64,000 bases of DNA, from the NCBI GenBank assembly GCA_047495785.1, contig JBLDXI010000016.1, positions 496,001-560,000 of the forward strand, read 5' to 3'. Positions 12,456 through 25,556 of this stretch are shown here, piece after piece. The notes below the pieces were generated by a model, which made no database searches, was not told where the DNA came from, and saw only the letters and a program-made list of their open reading frames with translations. Numbering within the stretch: the first letter of the stretch is position 1; each line of letters starts with the position of its first letter. The translations under genes were made by a program, and so were the position numbers. The stretch comes from Lepidodermella squamata (lineage: Eukaryota > Animalia > Gastrotricha).

Positions 12456-13856
12456 TTACAGCGTGCTCTGCTTTTCGACGGTATTCCAGCTATTGATGAC
12501 CTGAAAATATCGATGACATAATTTAATAAAACAGGCCGAAGTAAAATTTCAAATTTCAAAATGTATCATAGAATGGCTCTTTCACAATTTTTCAAAACAA
12601 AATCGAATTTTTGTTAAATTTTTTAAATTTCCAGAAATTTAAAATTAACTTTTAAATTCCGAAAAACTAGAAAAGATTCGAGAAAATTCAGATTTTTAAA
12701 TTATTTTTAAATTTTTAAATATTTTTAAACTGGAATTGAAATTTGAAAATAGTTGTTTTTTAATTTTCACTCACCCTGCGTTGAATTGTGTCGTAGAGCA
12801 GGACCTTGCTGAATGGCTCACCGGCGTCAGTATCGCCATCGACCTGAACCTCGTCGACAAAGGTGACCGGGCCCGGCTTGGGCGAGTCGCGGCCGTAGAC
12901 GTACAAGTAGCGGTGGCGAACAACCGCGTTCGTGATGATCGGCAGTAGGTTCGTTTCGACAATGTACTGCTGGCAGGCGATGATCGAATCGCCGGGGTTG
13001 GGCGGGTTCGCAAAGTCGAGTTTGTCCGCCATTTCGGTCACGCCGCGGGCGAGGCCGGACGAACCGGCGTCGGCCAGAAAACCGGCATTATCCTCAGAAA
13101 CGACTGCAGCTAAATTTGAAAAAATGAGAAATAATTTTAGGATTTTAGATGAAAAAAACGCGTTATATGGCTTTCAGAGAAATTACCTGAAAAATTCCAA
13201 ATGATCGACATCACTTTCAAGAATATTATCTATTTTTTATTCGAAATTCTTCATTCTTCATTTATTCTTGATCAAATCGTGGTCAGATTTTTCAGGTCAA
13301 AAGTAAAAAAAAAGTCGAAATTTTGTGAATAAATCGAAAAATTCACTGCTGAAAATCTGAAAAATTCTGCACAGTCAAAAATTCACTGGTGATTTTTCGC
13401 TGCGCAAATGTCGCCGCTAATTTGTCGCTCATGAAATGAAAAATTGCACAACCGTTGAAAATTTAAATTTGGTCACTTTAAATTTGATTTTCATATTTTC
13501 TCAAATTTTCGAAAATTCAAAAAAATCACTGAAACAAATTATTCAAATTAATATAAATAATTTCCTAGAAGTTGAAATAATTGTGTAACCCAGTTCCATC
13601 CTATAAAAATTTTAGGAGACATTTTTTGATGATCGGTTGAACACAGAATTCAAGTGACTTTTTTTTTAGATTTTCAAACTTCCTATGGTGTAATTTTGAA
13701 CTTACTGCTAGAGTAGACTTCAAAGTCCTTGTAGCGATGGGTCATTTTAACGAGGAAGCCATTCGGCGTCTGCACCTTTTCTTTGACCTCGAGATGCTCA
13801 TTTGGCCCCATGCCAAACAGGTCATTGACCTTTTCAGGTTGAACTTTCGTCGACAT
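12456..13856 (-). CDS. Stand-alone M4 (thermolysin/vibriolysin-family) propeptide-like protein, FTP+PepSY, about 176 aa, no catalytic domain
   Basis: Exons 13856-13706, 13109-12775, 12500-12456 with canonical GT-AG sites, in frame; AATAAA about 180 nt downstream. The spliced protein LFGMGPNEHLEVKEKVQTPNGFLVKMTHRYKDFEVYSSTAVV..GLARGV..LYVY..FVDEVQV..EPFSKVLLYDTIQRRVINSWN resembles vibriolysin/LasB propeptides along its length (recognised from memory). No HExxH motif. Confidence 0.7.
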
Positions 13857-15006
13857 GTTATCAATTAAATTATATTCTAAAATATTGCATAATAAACAAC
13901 AAATCGAGCTGATTAGGTTCGGAGGAGTTGTTGCGTGGATCATAGGTGAACGTTTACCGTTTTTTTTGCACCGATTCTGAAATTTGATATGAGTTAATGA
14001 GACTGTAATTGTTGCAATAATTCTTGCTTTAAAAATAATGGAAAAATGGAATATTTTCAAATTTCTATAGCAGTGCATGAAATTCGAGCTAATAGAGAGT
14101 GTTCACATTATTTAGACTTTGATGTTTGTTCACATGCCACATGCAAATGAGCAGCACGTGCTCATCACATTGGCGCCACGCAGCATCATCTGTATGGACG
14201 CTTCATTCACGAAAACAATGAGGCCGATGGATGAACTCGTTACGGACACAATAAAGGCGTAAACAAAACGATAGCACTGAGAGTACTAGTACTATATGAT
14301 ATCGCATTTAGCAGTTCATACCGAATTATTCAGAATCAATAGTAAATACCGGGAAAATTCCGTAACGAGGCGTAACTTTGGACGAATTGCCGAAGAAAAA
14401 CGAAAAATTTGAACTAAAAGTACGCGCAAATCTTTTTTTTTAAGAATTTTAAGAATTTTCAAACCTTTTTACTAAATTTTGAAAAATTTCAATTCATGAT
14501 TTTTTGGCTGATTTTCAGCAAATTTACACTACTTCTTCTAATAAGGAAATTTTTTTTATTTTTTTTTCATTTTATTTTTTTAAATTGTTTACCACATTTT
14601 CTATTATTAGCAACTTGATTTTTTTCCCACATAATTAGCGCTCACCGAGGTGCTGCTTGGCTGACAGAAAAAAATCAGAATGACATGTCATTTTAATTAA
14701 TTTTAAACCGCTCAGACATCAGGCGGTCACGGGTCAGCGGTCAGTCACGCGGCTTGTGTGGTTAATAAATTGGCGGGTGACGTCGATGCGCGTTTTCGAG
14801 GTTTAAACCCCGACTCACCTACACGGATTCGGGAACAACTTGGTAATTAAATTCGGGCAATTTTGTTATAGTTGGACGAAACGAATTCTGCTGTTTCACG
14901 GATCACGGGTCATTATAGCAATTATAGCAGATATAGGCATCAGCGGTCTAATTAGCGGCATTTAGACAAGTTATATATCGTAAAATTGAAGTTAATTAAT
15001 GACGCG

Positions 15007-15056
15007 TGAACTGAAACAAACAGCCAACTGCTTTTATTGAGACTCGTCTATATAAA
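15007..15056 (+). promoter_or_regulatory. Upstream motif TGAACTGAAACAAAC-A(G/A)CCAAC plus TATA box, shared by SPDRR genes
   Basis: A near-identical motif lies at about 31246-31270 (with tatata) and a variant at about 22165-22190, each at a comparable position before the ATG. Confidence 0.55.
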
Positions 15057-15092
15057 TTCAACACGTTTGATGATTTTATTTTAATTACAAAA

Positions 15093-15705
15093 ATGCCACT
15101 TTTTCGGATTCTGGCACTTATTTCGGTATTTGGTGGCATTCTGGTCGAGGCCTATAACAAAGACTTGAACGTTCAGAATTTAATGGCAGGTAAATTCATA
15201 TTTTTTGAATTTCGTTGATTTTTAGAAATTCTCTACTAGGAATATTCAAAAAATTTCAAAAATAATAAACTCATTTAAATAAAAAAAGAAAAGATATTTT
15301 TTCCGAATTTAATCAAATAGCTTTAAATTAAGATATTCAAATAAAAATTCTGAATTTAAAAAAAATGGATTTAAAAATTGAAAAATTAAAATTGAATTCG
15401 ATTTTAAATTTTTATTTTTATTTTTTTCAGAGCGATTCTGGAGGTTACTGATGAAAAATCAGTTCAAGGAAGCGTTCAAGCAATTGCGGCTTATGGTTCT
15501 GTTCGAAAAAGCAACTTCGAAACAGCGATGTCAGGAGGCGGTTGTCAACGACGCGAAAGCCCTGTGCCGCAACGCCTCACCGCACCCGTTCAGCCTGTGG
15601 CGAAAGCAAGTGGCGCTTCAAATCATGTCGCCCGATCGACGGCTGGCTGAAATCACGCGAGCCATCGCCGAATCTCGCGATGTTGTTCGGCAAGGCTCGA
15701 AATGA
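15093..15705 (+). CDS. Secreted SPDRR-family orphan protein, copy 1 (about 123 aa)
   Basis: Exons 15093-15189 (signal peptide, phase-1 intron) and 15431-15705; TATA-like element at about 15049; AATAAA at about 15799; three paralogs in the window. Confidence 0.9.
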
Positions 15706-17557
15706 TGGTTTTACGGAGAATTTTGCTCTGATAATTTTCGTATGAGAATTGTTTCCTGGTTGAATGGTTTTGTTTTCAAAAGCTGAAATTTAAACTAAAA
15801 TAAACTTTATTTTCTGTGCGCTGCAAGAAGCGTATGAGTAATTCACTAAATGTAATTTTCGGACAGAATCAATAATTACCCTTTCAAAAAAAATTATTCA
15901 ATTCCAAATTCCTTGAAATACAAAATTATTGAAATTCCATAACTTGGCGAGGAAAGCACCACGAGCAAACCACAAATACCTCAGCTTTGCTAATGTTTTC
16001 ATACCTCATTCTATGCAAAATTCGCATCACTCTCTGATATGCAATTCGACCTTGATTTAAATTTGCACACTGGATTGTACAAAATGTCCCCAGTTGGGTC
16101 CGAATCGAGCCGAATGTTATACCCTCAACCTTAAAGATGGTGTAACACATATACCATGATTGATAATTGATAACAAAATTTTTACCATAATTTTTCAGTG
16201 ACAGGAATTTGGCTCCGTAATTGTGCCGTATTATTTGTGGCAGTATAATGCCGTAGATATCGAAGATATCAATAAGATTCACACGAATTTATGTTCCATT
16301 TTTCTTACGCTAATTTGAGAAACCAACTTTTCCCGGTCGACCTATGTCGTTTTTTGAGACTCATACTGGACCTGGAATGGGAACGGACTGGGAACGGCGT
16401 AGGCATTGCGCGAAATACGGGTAGAATGGGGGTATCTTACCCCACAGTTCGCAAGGCCAAAGATGAAAACCCCAAACATACCACATGGGGGACCCTTTGG
16501 TCACACAATTTGGGCCCGAAAATACCCCCTAGTACCTCAATTCAGAAAACAGCCGGCTGGAGTATGCGGTGAAACTTTCGTCCATTTCAAAACTCCGATG
16601 CATAAGTACACTACTTGCGAGTGCAAGTTTCCAGGTCAAAAATTTAGTGCTTCTGATGCTGCTAACTTGTTCGATTGCACCTGATGTGAGAAAGCAAGGT
16701 GTCGTCCTAAAAGTTGGTTCAAACGAGCTGGTATATGAGAACCTCCGCAGCCATTGTGAGCATCATGTACAATCATCGGCGCCCGCAGATTACAGCGGAT
16801 CAGGACATCCCAGACGTTGCCCTCACAATTCCGCCGACCTTCTCGATGCTGAGATCGAGCCTCGAGATCGTGCATCAAAACATGCATGGACATTTAAATA
16901 AATGGACATGTAGAAACGGAAGCTTTCACCGAGTCGTTTCCTTTATTTCACGAGCAATCAAGCTGGTTCTTGCTGGTTCTTCAGCGCCACAAACGTCATA
17001 TTTTTTCTGTTGAACTTCTTCGAAAGCTCGGCTAGAAATAACAAATGAATATTGCACAACATCTTACAATTATCTTTCTAGCTGCGTCGTCTGTTGAGGC
17101 TAAATTGCTATGGAACAGTTCGATTCCGACGAGAGTTAGGTCCTCATCTTACAACGCTAACGACTCGTCGCGCGTAACTATCAGCCTGCTGCTTTCGTGC
17201 AATTATGCGGGAACAAACAATCCCCAAGGCCCTATTTGCTCTGAAGGAATTCGCTATGCTCTTGACAGCATAAAACGACAGCCGAATCTGCTACCCGGAA
17301 TCGAACTTGCCATTGATCCAATCGATGATTTCGTAAGTTGAAGGCTCAAAAAAACCGCAGATTCCCCGTAATTGTAACCTATTTTAGTGCAGCGAACCTT
17401 TAGCGACCATGAGGTTTTTCGCTGAGATGCGGAGGAATGACCAAGTTCCAGATCGATTTCCTCTCATCCTGTATCCTACTTGTTCAGTGCAATACACCTT
17501 GGTAAAAACTCTGCAGCATTACAACTTCATGAGTGTAAGTCGAAATATGGATTTGGG

Positions 17558-17643
17558 TATCCTTCACTTGCGTATCTGAGCCAAGGATAAGGATAAGGTT
17601 AGGGCTATGGTTAGGTTTCGGGTTAGATACGCAATTGAGGGTA
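17558..17643. mobile_element. Tiny TIR element with TTAGGG-like core in intron 2 of GPCR C
   Basis: Inverted ends cttgcgtatct / agatacgcaat; core ggttagggctatggttaggtttcgggttag. Confidence 0.5.
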
Positions 17644-17699
17644 ATTCCTAGATAAATATTTTGGAGACGGAAGACATAAGTAGAAGTCTGTTTGATCTC

Positions 17700-17830
17700 C
17701 CAGCCAGAGAGCGATGTAGGACAGTAGAACTGGTTAGGATAAGGAAATCGACATAGAGGGTCGATTGGCCTTTGGCCTTTTGGTTTGATTTGAATTCAAC
17801 TTGCGGACCGATTGAACTGGTAGGGATGAT
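17700..17830. repeat. Dispersed repeat; reverse-complement copy at about 21471-21546
   Basis: Blocks agagagcga..taggac..agaactggttaggataagg and gaccgattgaactggtagggatgat recur inverted. Confidence 0.7.
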
Positions 17831-20800
17831 GATGACTGATTGTACTCCAACTTTAAAATTCCGAACCCCGTCCGAAGCGCGTCCAAATTTGTTTATAAAT
17901 CCAACTCAAGATTATCGTCTTATGCTTATCGCCTTACTCTAATATCTCGATTTTCAGGTAGCTCATTGGAGCAGTCAAAATGATGTTTTCACGCAGAGGA
18001 ATCGTTACCAGAATTTATTCGTTGTATCACCCCCGTTGGCGATTTCTACGGATGGTATTACCTCATTCATGACAGCTATGGGATGGAAGAAGTTGTCCTT
18101 CGTCTCAGATATGAAAGATTCATTATACGCAAGCGATATTTACACTCAAAAGTTGCTGGAACAAAAGTTTAACGTCACATCATCCGTTCGATACAAAATT
18201 CCACTTCTGAATGGTCTCATACCAGATTCTGAGAGCATACGCGCTGTAGTGGAGGAATTGAAGCGAAACGATGCGAGAATCATCAGTATAGGAACTGCTT
18301 CACCCGCGCGCTTTGCATGCTAGCTTCATCGCTACAAGCTATTCGGGCCTAACTACGTTTTTTTCGTGTCTATGTTAACTCCTTTCCAGCCAACTGATCC
18401 TTTGCGGTTTGACTGGTGCACGGAGGCCATGTTGCGGGATTCATTCAACACGGCTATACAAACACGATGACCCTGGGCATGGGGAATCTAGCCGATTCTT
18501 TCGGGAATTCAGGGTTAGACCTCGATTCGGCGCTTATGTCCAGTATAGATAATCCCCAGACAAAAAACAGCTGGGCAATCCGCCAGTACACGTATGACAG
18601 TGTGCTTTTAGCAGCCCACGTTTTAAATACAACACAGACGTTCCTGCGGCAGGAAAATCAGTCACTTATCGACTGGGTGACTACTGGCAAGAACTTCGCG
18701 TCCAACGGAAGCTACATAATCGAAAAAATTAAGGAGGCGCTTTTTTCGACTCGAGTTACAACAAAGACGGGGGAGATAGCCTTCGAGCGAAATACTACCC
18801 TCAACTCAGGCGGAAATGTGATTTTCGGATACTTCAGGCTTCAATTACTGCCTAACAGCTCGAGCCCACTTGCGATTCCTTTCGCGACATTTGATGCAAA
18901 AGCTAAAAAATTCGAGCTGATACCTGGGAAACTAAAATGGAAAACTCTCAGCGGCAATGCTCCGCCAGATTCAGTCAGGATTGTTCAAATCGTTCTCCCC
19001 TTAATTTCAACTGAGGCCTACGTTGCAATTACAATCCTGTCATGCCTCGGAGCGTTCACAGTGATATTAGCCACTTGTTACCAGTTGAAATGTCGAAAAT
19101 CACCGCAGGTCATGAATTCTACACCAAAACTAAATGCGTTCATTTTGCTGGGGGATCTATTGCTTCTAAGCTCTAATTTGGTCCAGTTACCTTGGTATGA
19201 AGACGGCTTTGCTAGAATTTGCATGGCATCTTACGGTCTTTTGTTTCTTGGAATATTCTTCCTGGTCGCAGCTATGGTTGGTAAGTTGGAGCTTGCCAGA
19301 CTACTGAGTTTGACCAGCCGGCAAAAAGGAAGTATGTCCAGAGTGATAAGCTCACTAAAAATGGGACGCAGCCCCAGAGCAACTGCCCAGGAAAGCATCA
19401 CGAAGGCAGCTTCCACCGTGAGAAAAATAACCTCAACTGCCAACATTGAAGCTAAATTTGCTTCAATGCATAAGCTTGTTGTAATCGCGATTTCGACTGT
19501 TTTCGTCTTTCTGGTCGCTCTATTATCGATTTGGTTTTCCCTTGATCCAAATGATATGACTGTGACTCTTAATTCACCTCAACTATCAACCCTCGACGAT
19601 TCACTAGCATATCAGGAGGTCGTTTTCGAATGCTCTATCGGAGATTCTTACCTAAGCAAAGCTGCCATTGGTGTAATTTGTGCAATTTTCGTGATTCTAA
19701 TGCTTCGAGGGTCACTTGCTGCTTACAAAGTTCGATCGGTAAGCGATTTTTCTAATTTAAAACATAGATGGATGATATTACTCAGTTTAAATACCTCCTC
19801 TTCATTTCCAGATAACCTTGGAGCGATTGAACGACCTGAAAGCAATAGTTAAATGCTTTTACGGGACAATCTTGCTGTTAGCTGCTGGCGCTGTGATTGC
19901 GGCTGTTATCTTCACGGAGCAGGCTAAGCAACGTTTGGCTTTGTCAGCGATGATTCTATCATGTGTAACGCTTAACTTGGGGCTCATTTTCATACCCCGT
20001 AAAACAATCGACGTTCAGCGAATCAACTCGAGCCTTTGAATGGCCAATATAAATATCATGAACATATATATACTTTAATGATCCAGCTATTGAAAGCGGG
20101 ACCGGGCGCTCTCATCTTCTCTGCGTCACAAATTAAGAATTTTGAATTATTTGAGTATATTTGAGTATGAGGATGGGCGAGTTTGCAGACGAGTTTCCAG
20201 GTGCAGGAATGAACAGGTTTTCGATTTCGATATTTATCTATAGTAAACCTGTTGATTAAACACTGGATTTCCAATCAGGGCTAGTTTGAAATAAATCGTA
20301 ACAGATGAGAGTTAAATGCGCTTTTCTCCTCTACTAATACAACTTTAATTACAGATGACACCTTTAATGATCCAATGACCGCGCAGCCTAAATAGTTGAA
20401 TAATGGACATCGTGTGAACTGAAATAGTTTTAGCCGGAAAATAGCAAAAACCTCTACGCCAGCGGACAATTATTATACCTTGGAAACTCAATCTAATAAC
20501 GCACAGACGGTGTCATGGTTGGCTTGCATGTCGTCAGTCATAAACAGTTTGAGAAGTGACGCAGGTGCGCATTTTCACCGAATTCCCCGAATTCATGATT
20601 TATTCCGGACAGGTTTGTTGTCAATGTGTTATATATTAATAGCCTTTATTCTAGACTAAACTTTGGCGCAACTTAGCAGACACCACGCAACCTGCCACGA
20701 CACGTTAGGTTAACAGTGCTACGCTAGACCAACTAGATCGAAGGGAGAGATATGTTTCGAACTGATAACACCTGTCGTAAGACGTAACACGAGTGCTTAC

Positions 20801-22251
20801 GAGCGGTTCTAATTTTTTCGATTGGAAGAAATTGATTTTGGGAGAAGGAATGATCATCGGCTGCCGGGTCCCAGGAAGTGTTCAAGCTTTGGCAAGCAGT
20901 ACCAGGGTGGCACTGAAACCTTTCTGCCATCTTTCTCCAATAGGTCATGGCTGTGATAGCCTTGGTGATAGCGGGTATTGTGGCAATCACACCCTATCAT
21001 TGACGAGACAATTTCTCGAGAAAACCTTCAAATACCTTCAGACATTATTAGAATTTCTTGCGTGGAATCTCCGCCCCAGACCACTGATCTGTAGAGCAGA
21101 CTTAGAGCACCCATGAGGCGAGGCATACCTGAGGCGATTGAAACTCCGGCTTTTCACATATGTCATTTCTCGATTCTAGAGCTTGATGTAGGCGATGAGG
21201 AAACTTCAAAGCTGGACTGTATCCGAATGAGTGAAATTGGCTATGCTAATGGCATACGGGCAGAATTCTTTGGGTCAGCCTGGGAGAAAGTAGTTGGGCC
21301 ATGGAAAAAGTTTCTTAAGATTACGGTGCCACTTCTCGGAAAGCGATTGAAACACGATTTGCAAATGCCAAAAGAAGTATCGCTTGGAAACTGCGTTTTT
21401 CGGACCTCTCATAGCTTATATCCCTTTGTTCCCTGAAACCAGAGATCGAAGTACCGCTAGGAATGGTCGAGATCATCCCTACCAGTTCAATCGGTCCCTA
21501 ACCCTTATCCTAACCAGTTCTGCCGTCCTACTTCGCTCTCTGCCTGAAACATCAGCGTGATTGATATTTTTTCTTACCTTGAACCGCAAATTGATTCCGC
21601 GCATCGATCTTTTAGCACAATGCCAGTCACATCAAAAAGCGATGTTAGTTGTTGATTTAGTCTTGTCAGATATCACATGAATGGAATAGAAATCCGGTCG
21701 AACTAAATAATGAGGCTGGACGACAAAAATGAGGCCTGGATGAAATTCGATCCTAATCTAAGGACGCTGTAAAACAGAAATGTTGTGTCGGTTGTAAAAA
21801 TCTCACCCTGACTAGAAAATTAGATTGGACACGATTAATGGGTCGCGCTAATCAAAAACCAGTATCATGTTTGACTAGCAAAATTCAATCAATTTAGCAG
21901 AATCAATCTTACAAAGTACAAACCGATGAGCGTTACGGTTGACTAGATGCCACCGACTCGCGTAGTTAATAAACTGAGCCGTTGCGTTGACTGTGCTTTT
22001 CCACCGACAAGGGAATTCGAAATTGAATTTGGACAAAAATGATTGGCTTTAGCGATGTAGGTTGTGTCACAGCTCATTTGCTAATAGGTGCTTGCCCGCA
22101 CTTTGGCACTAAAGTGGAAATTAAATCTTTCACGAAACGTTGAGTGACGTTAATAGATATCACTTGAACTAGAACAAAACGCCAGCCGCTACAATCAGGA
22201 CTACAAATTTACAATTTTCAAAGCATTTAATGTTCAATTTTCAGTTGAAGC

Positions 22252-23062
22252 ATGACTCCTTTTCGAATTATCGCGCTTATTGCTTTCGCAGGTATTCTAG
22301 TTGACGGCTATCACAATAAATACTTGATGGTTCAGAAGCTGATGGCAGGTAATTTTTAAATGAATTTTCAGAAATATTCAAAACCTCAAACCTAATTATA
22401 AACCCTGAACCCTGAGACCACACTCCATCTCTCGAATCGAACCTTTTTGAGGCCTGAAACGTTTATTCGTTTTCCGGAAATCGCACATTTTCAAACGACA
22501 GATGGTTGGATTTCCACCTTTCCACCGTGCTCACCCCAACAGATTGAAACCAAACGTGCTGAGAAACGGAATTACATGTTCGTGAATTTCAAAATATACT
22601 TTTCAATTCCAAATATAATTTGATTCAACTCCCATGAAAACAGACCTTATAGTTTCTGTTACGTACAAAAGTACTTATTGAGTAAGAACCAAAAAGGAAC
22701 CTTTTGATTTCTTACTTCGTTTTGGTTTCTTATTTTGATTCAGCCTTAATAAAACATGATTTGGCATATTTTCAGATCGATTTTGGAGGCTTTTCATGAG
22801 GCATCAATTCAGGCAGGCATTCTTGCAATTACAGCGCATGGTCGTGCTTCAAAAAATAACATCAAAACAACGATGTCACGATGCGGTTCTCATCGATGCA
22901 AATGTCCTGTGCCGCAATGCTTCGCCGCACCCTTTCAGCCTGTGGCGAAAACACGTCGCGCTGCAAATCATGTCACCCGACCGACGACTGGCTGATATCA
23001 AGCGAGCCATCGCCGAGTCTCGGGCTGCTTTCACTAAAATGATGAAGAAGAACCAAGACTGA
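22252..23062 (+). CDS. Secreted SPDRR-family orphan protein, copy 2
   Basis: Exons 22252-22348 (97 nt, same as copies 1 and 3) and 22776-23062; sequence DRFWRLFMRHQF..C..LCRNASPHPFSLW..IMSPDRR. Confidence 0.9.
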
Positions 23063-24019
23063 ATCTCAGTAAAAAGGTTTATGAATTGATTAGCCATGGG
23101 AAAATTACTCAGTTTTAAGGAGTGTCGATTGTCCGGAGCCAACATTAGCATTCACAGCACGAGTATCCCCAAAATCATCTAAAATGGGTCGTTTCGAGTT
23201 CTTCAAATTAATGCTGGTGAAATAAAAATTCGATGCTGTTTTTACCCAAGCCTGAATCTTCCAAAAAATGGATGACCAAAGGGTTTGTTCTTCCAAGAGA
23301 GCAAAGTAGGACATGGCACCTTGACGGGCAACCAACAAATCTCTCATCCGTCAAGAGCAGCTGCGCTATGTCGAATTTACTAAACTATCACGTAAGAGCA
23401 CCTGGAAAAATAGTTGCGCCTAGCTCTCACGCGAGGCCAATGCTCAACACGGTAAAATTTAAACGTCGTCGATGCGCGATAACATATTTACTTATACATC
23501 CAACATCCAAATAGTCGAGTTTGTACATTTCAAATTTCTTCTACCGATTGGCGAGTCACGTGCTTTGCTTCAGCTGTCATTTGGTAGGGGCATAATGCAT
23601 ATTATATCTTCATTGGATATCACGAGGTTTTTTGAAGCGCAGCACACGGCTGAAAAGCGGGCTATTCTTTGATTTCAGCAGCCGTTGAAAAATTGTACCG
23701 AATTTCTAGGGCTATCTGCCGCTATGCTATTTGTCGAACGGCGATACTCGGTTCGCCCGGAAATCGCGTGCAAAGTCAGTCAAATTGGCGTGCAAGGCAA
23801 GTCAGAATGGCGGCTTGCTAAAACCATTTGCCTATGATTTCAATGCGCCTAAATATTTGGAGTGGCTTCTAGATACAAGGAATCTAGGTGGTTAGAGTTT
23901 TTAGGTGGTATGACGAACAATATGTTCATCTAAGAGAAACCCTACAGTTGTGACGGCAAAATGAAATAAAAAGGACGCAGTATTCATGAGGTATTGTTTT
24001 ACTCAACATTCAACGGGCC

Positions 24020-24670
24020 ACCAAAACTCTCTCCTCCGCCAATATCATCAGTAATAGCTGCGCCGCAGGAGCCTCGGCTGCTTCACTGCAGCTTGTAGAA
24101 CTTCTTATGCACCTTTTTTCCTTCGCAATTTCATTATTTTTATTAAAGAAACACGTGTTTATTTTACATGATTCTCAGCTTCTTCATTTTATTCATTTTC
24201 TTACTTTTTACTACTTAAGGATTTTCTCGATCTTCGAAGGTTCGCTGAATGCGAATACGAAACCCGAATAAGATGAATTTGATATTTGATAATTTGATAT
24301 GAAGAACATTCTCAAGTATTTTGCTGAACATGAAAATTTAATGAATAACTTCGAATAAGAAAGATAGCTCAATGACAGACGATAGTATGTGTAATTTGAA
24401 GCCGAGTCGAATGCACCGATCCGCCTCGTCACAAAAGCTGGAACAATGGTTGCGTCCGGCGATCGCACGCGGCTGTAATTCCAATGCTCAACGTGGGGTT
24501 TTGAACGCAGTCAGCAATGCGCCGTATCTTATATACATACTCACGCTCAAAATATCCAACTAGTCGAATATATTTTTCAAAATAATATGACTCCCCCTCT
24601 TTTGCGTAATATCGAGAAATGCCGGCATCGCTGTCACCGTTTAGCGTTAGCTCATCCTTTCAGCTGCTGT
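24020..24670 (-). pseudogene. Decayed remnant of a PAN/apple-like gene (upstream region, start and 3' end)
   Basis: Reverse-complement similarity to 29230-29590 (upstream region, ATG TTC TTC) and to 29910-29970 (ctgcagtga..gatattggcggaggagag); the coding middle is lost. Confidence 0.65.
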
Positions 24671-25198
24671 TTTGTAGAGATGAATAATGCGTCTTAATCG
24701 AGTACACATCTTAGCTGCATGTCACGTGTAACGAGAGCCGAAAAAACCGAAACTCCCCGACGGATGCTTAACGGTGTAAATCCCTTAACGCATTTCCAAG
24801 GTGCGATCTTGGACCCTGGAGCTGCTGTCAGGGTTGGATAAAAAGATGTTGTAGTATTGACTAAATAACTAGCGATTACCACCAAAGACCAAAGAAGAAA
24901 AGCAAAGCGAGCATTTTTTGTAAGTTTATCGTTTATCCATTAAACCTATCAAATTTGACGAAACAGCGAGCTAAATTCGATACTTTGTCCTGTCTGGCCG
25001 AGTTGGAAGGGGGGTCCTGGAAGAGCTTTGAATTGGTCTCCTGTAAACTGTAAGGATCTCTCATCGTAAGCCACCAATATTTGGTGTAGTAAAGACAGTA
25101 GGTATCCTTCAAATTTTATTTCATCTAAAGTCACGTGACGGGCAATCAAGAAGACCTCTCATCCGCTCATATTCTAAACAGCAGTATCCTGTATCTGC

Positions 25199-25556
25199 TT
25201 ACTTCAGCAACTTCACTGCAGCTTGGAGTACTCCCAAGCCCCAAGCGGGTGAGGAATTGACATTCTTCGACGTGCATCTGTCGTACAACGTGCAGGTGGC
25301 TCCCCTACGATAATTCATCGAAAACGCCTTGCATTTGATGTTAGCCGCACAACGAGCCTGGCATGGTGAATTCATATATAGGCATCTCAACAATCGACGA
25401 TCCGCTACTACAATCCTTATCCGTAATCTTGAACACTATAAGAAAAACCACATTATCAATTGAAATTCCCCATATTCAACTCAAAAGATTGAACATGCCT
25501 GCAGATGAAGCCAGAGCGAAGATCATTGCGAAGACTAGTGCAACTTTTAAGAACAT
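25199..25556 (-). pseudogene. PAN/apple-like secreted protein pseudogene (paralog of 29578-29922)
   Basis: Signal exon MFLKVALVFAMIFALASSA. Relative to the intact paralog it has an 8-nt deletion (ctgcgcaa), a 7-nt duplication near the end, and a GC donor instead of GT. Confidence 0.85.

Larger units (their letters stand above)
17045..20039 (+). pseudogene. Class C GPCR C (GABA-B-like, VFT+7TM), disrupted
   Basis: Exons 17045-17332, 17388-17534, 17958-19738, 19812-20039. TAG at 18321-18323 replaces the W of the paralogs' ACW[LF] motif, and there is a frameshift near 18460. It has the W..G.PP.D linker, hydrophobic TM segments and no cysteine-rich domain. Confidence 0.8.

Noticed and set aside
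12775-13109. High GC of this exon as evidence of recent horizontal transfer or contamination
   Set aside because: Clearly host-type exons (AMOP, SPDRR, Ly6) are similarly GC-rich, and the gene has host-type AT-rich introns, so composition is uninformative.
16291-17013. Cluster of overlapping 85-110 aa ORFs
   Set aside because: No recognisable motif or consistent exon structure; possibly decayed coding or TE sequence.
20733-21436. Two consecutive 107-aa ORFs
   Set aside because: No family recognised and no splice or paralog support.
24694-24914. Possible additional small secreted gene on the minus strand (MLALLFFFGLW...)
   Set aside because: No splice combination gave a convincing intact product.
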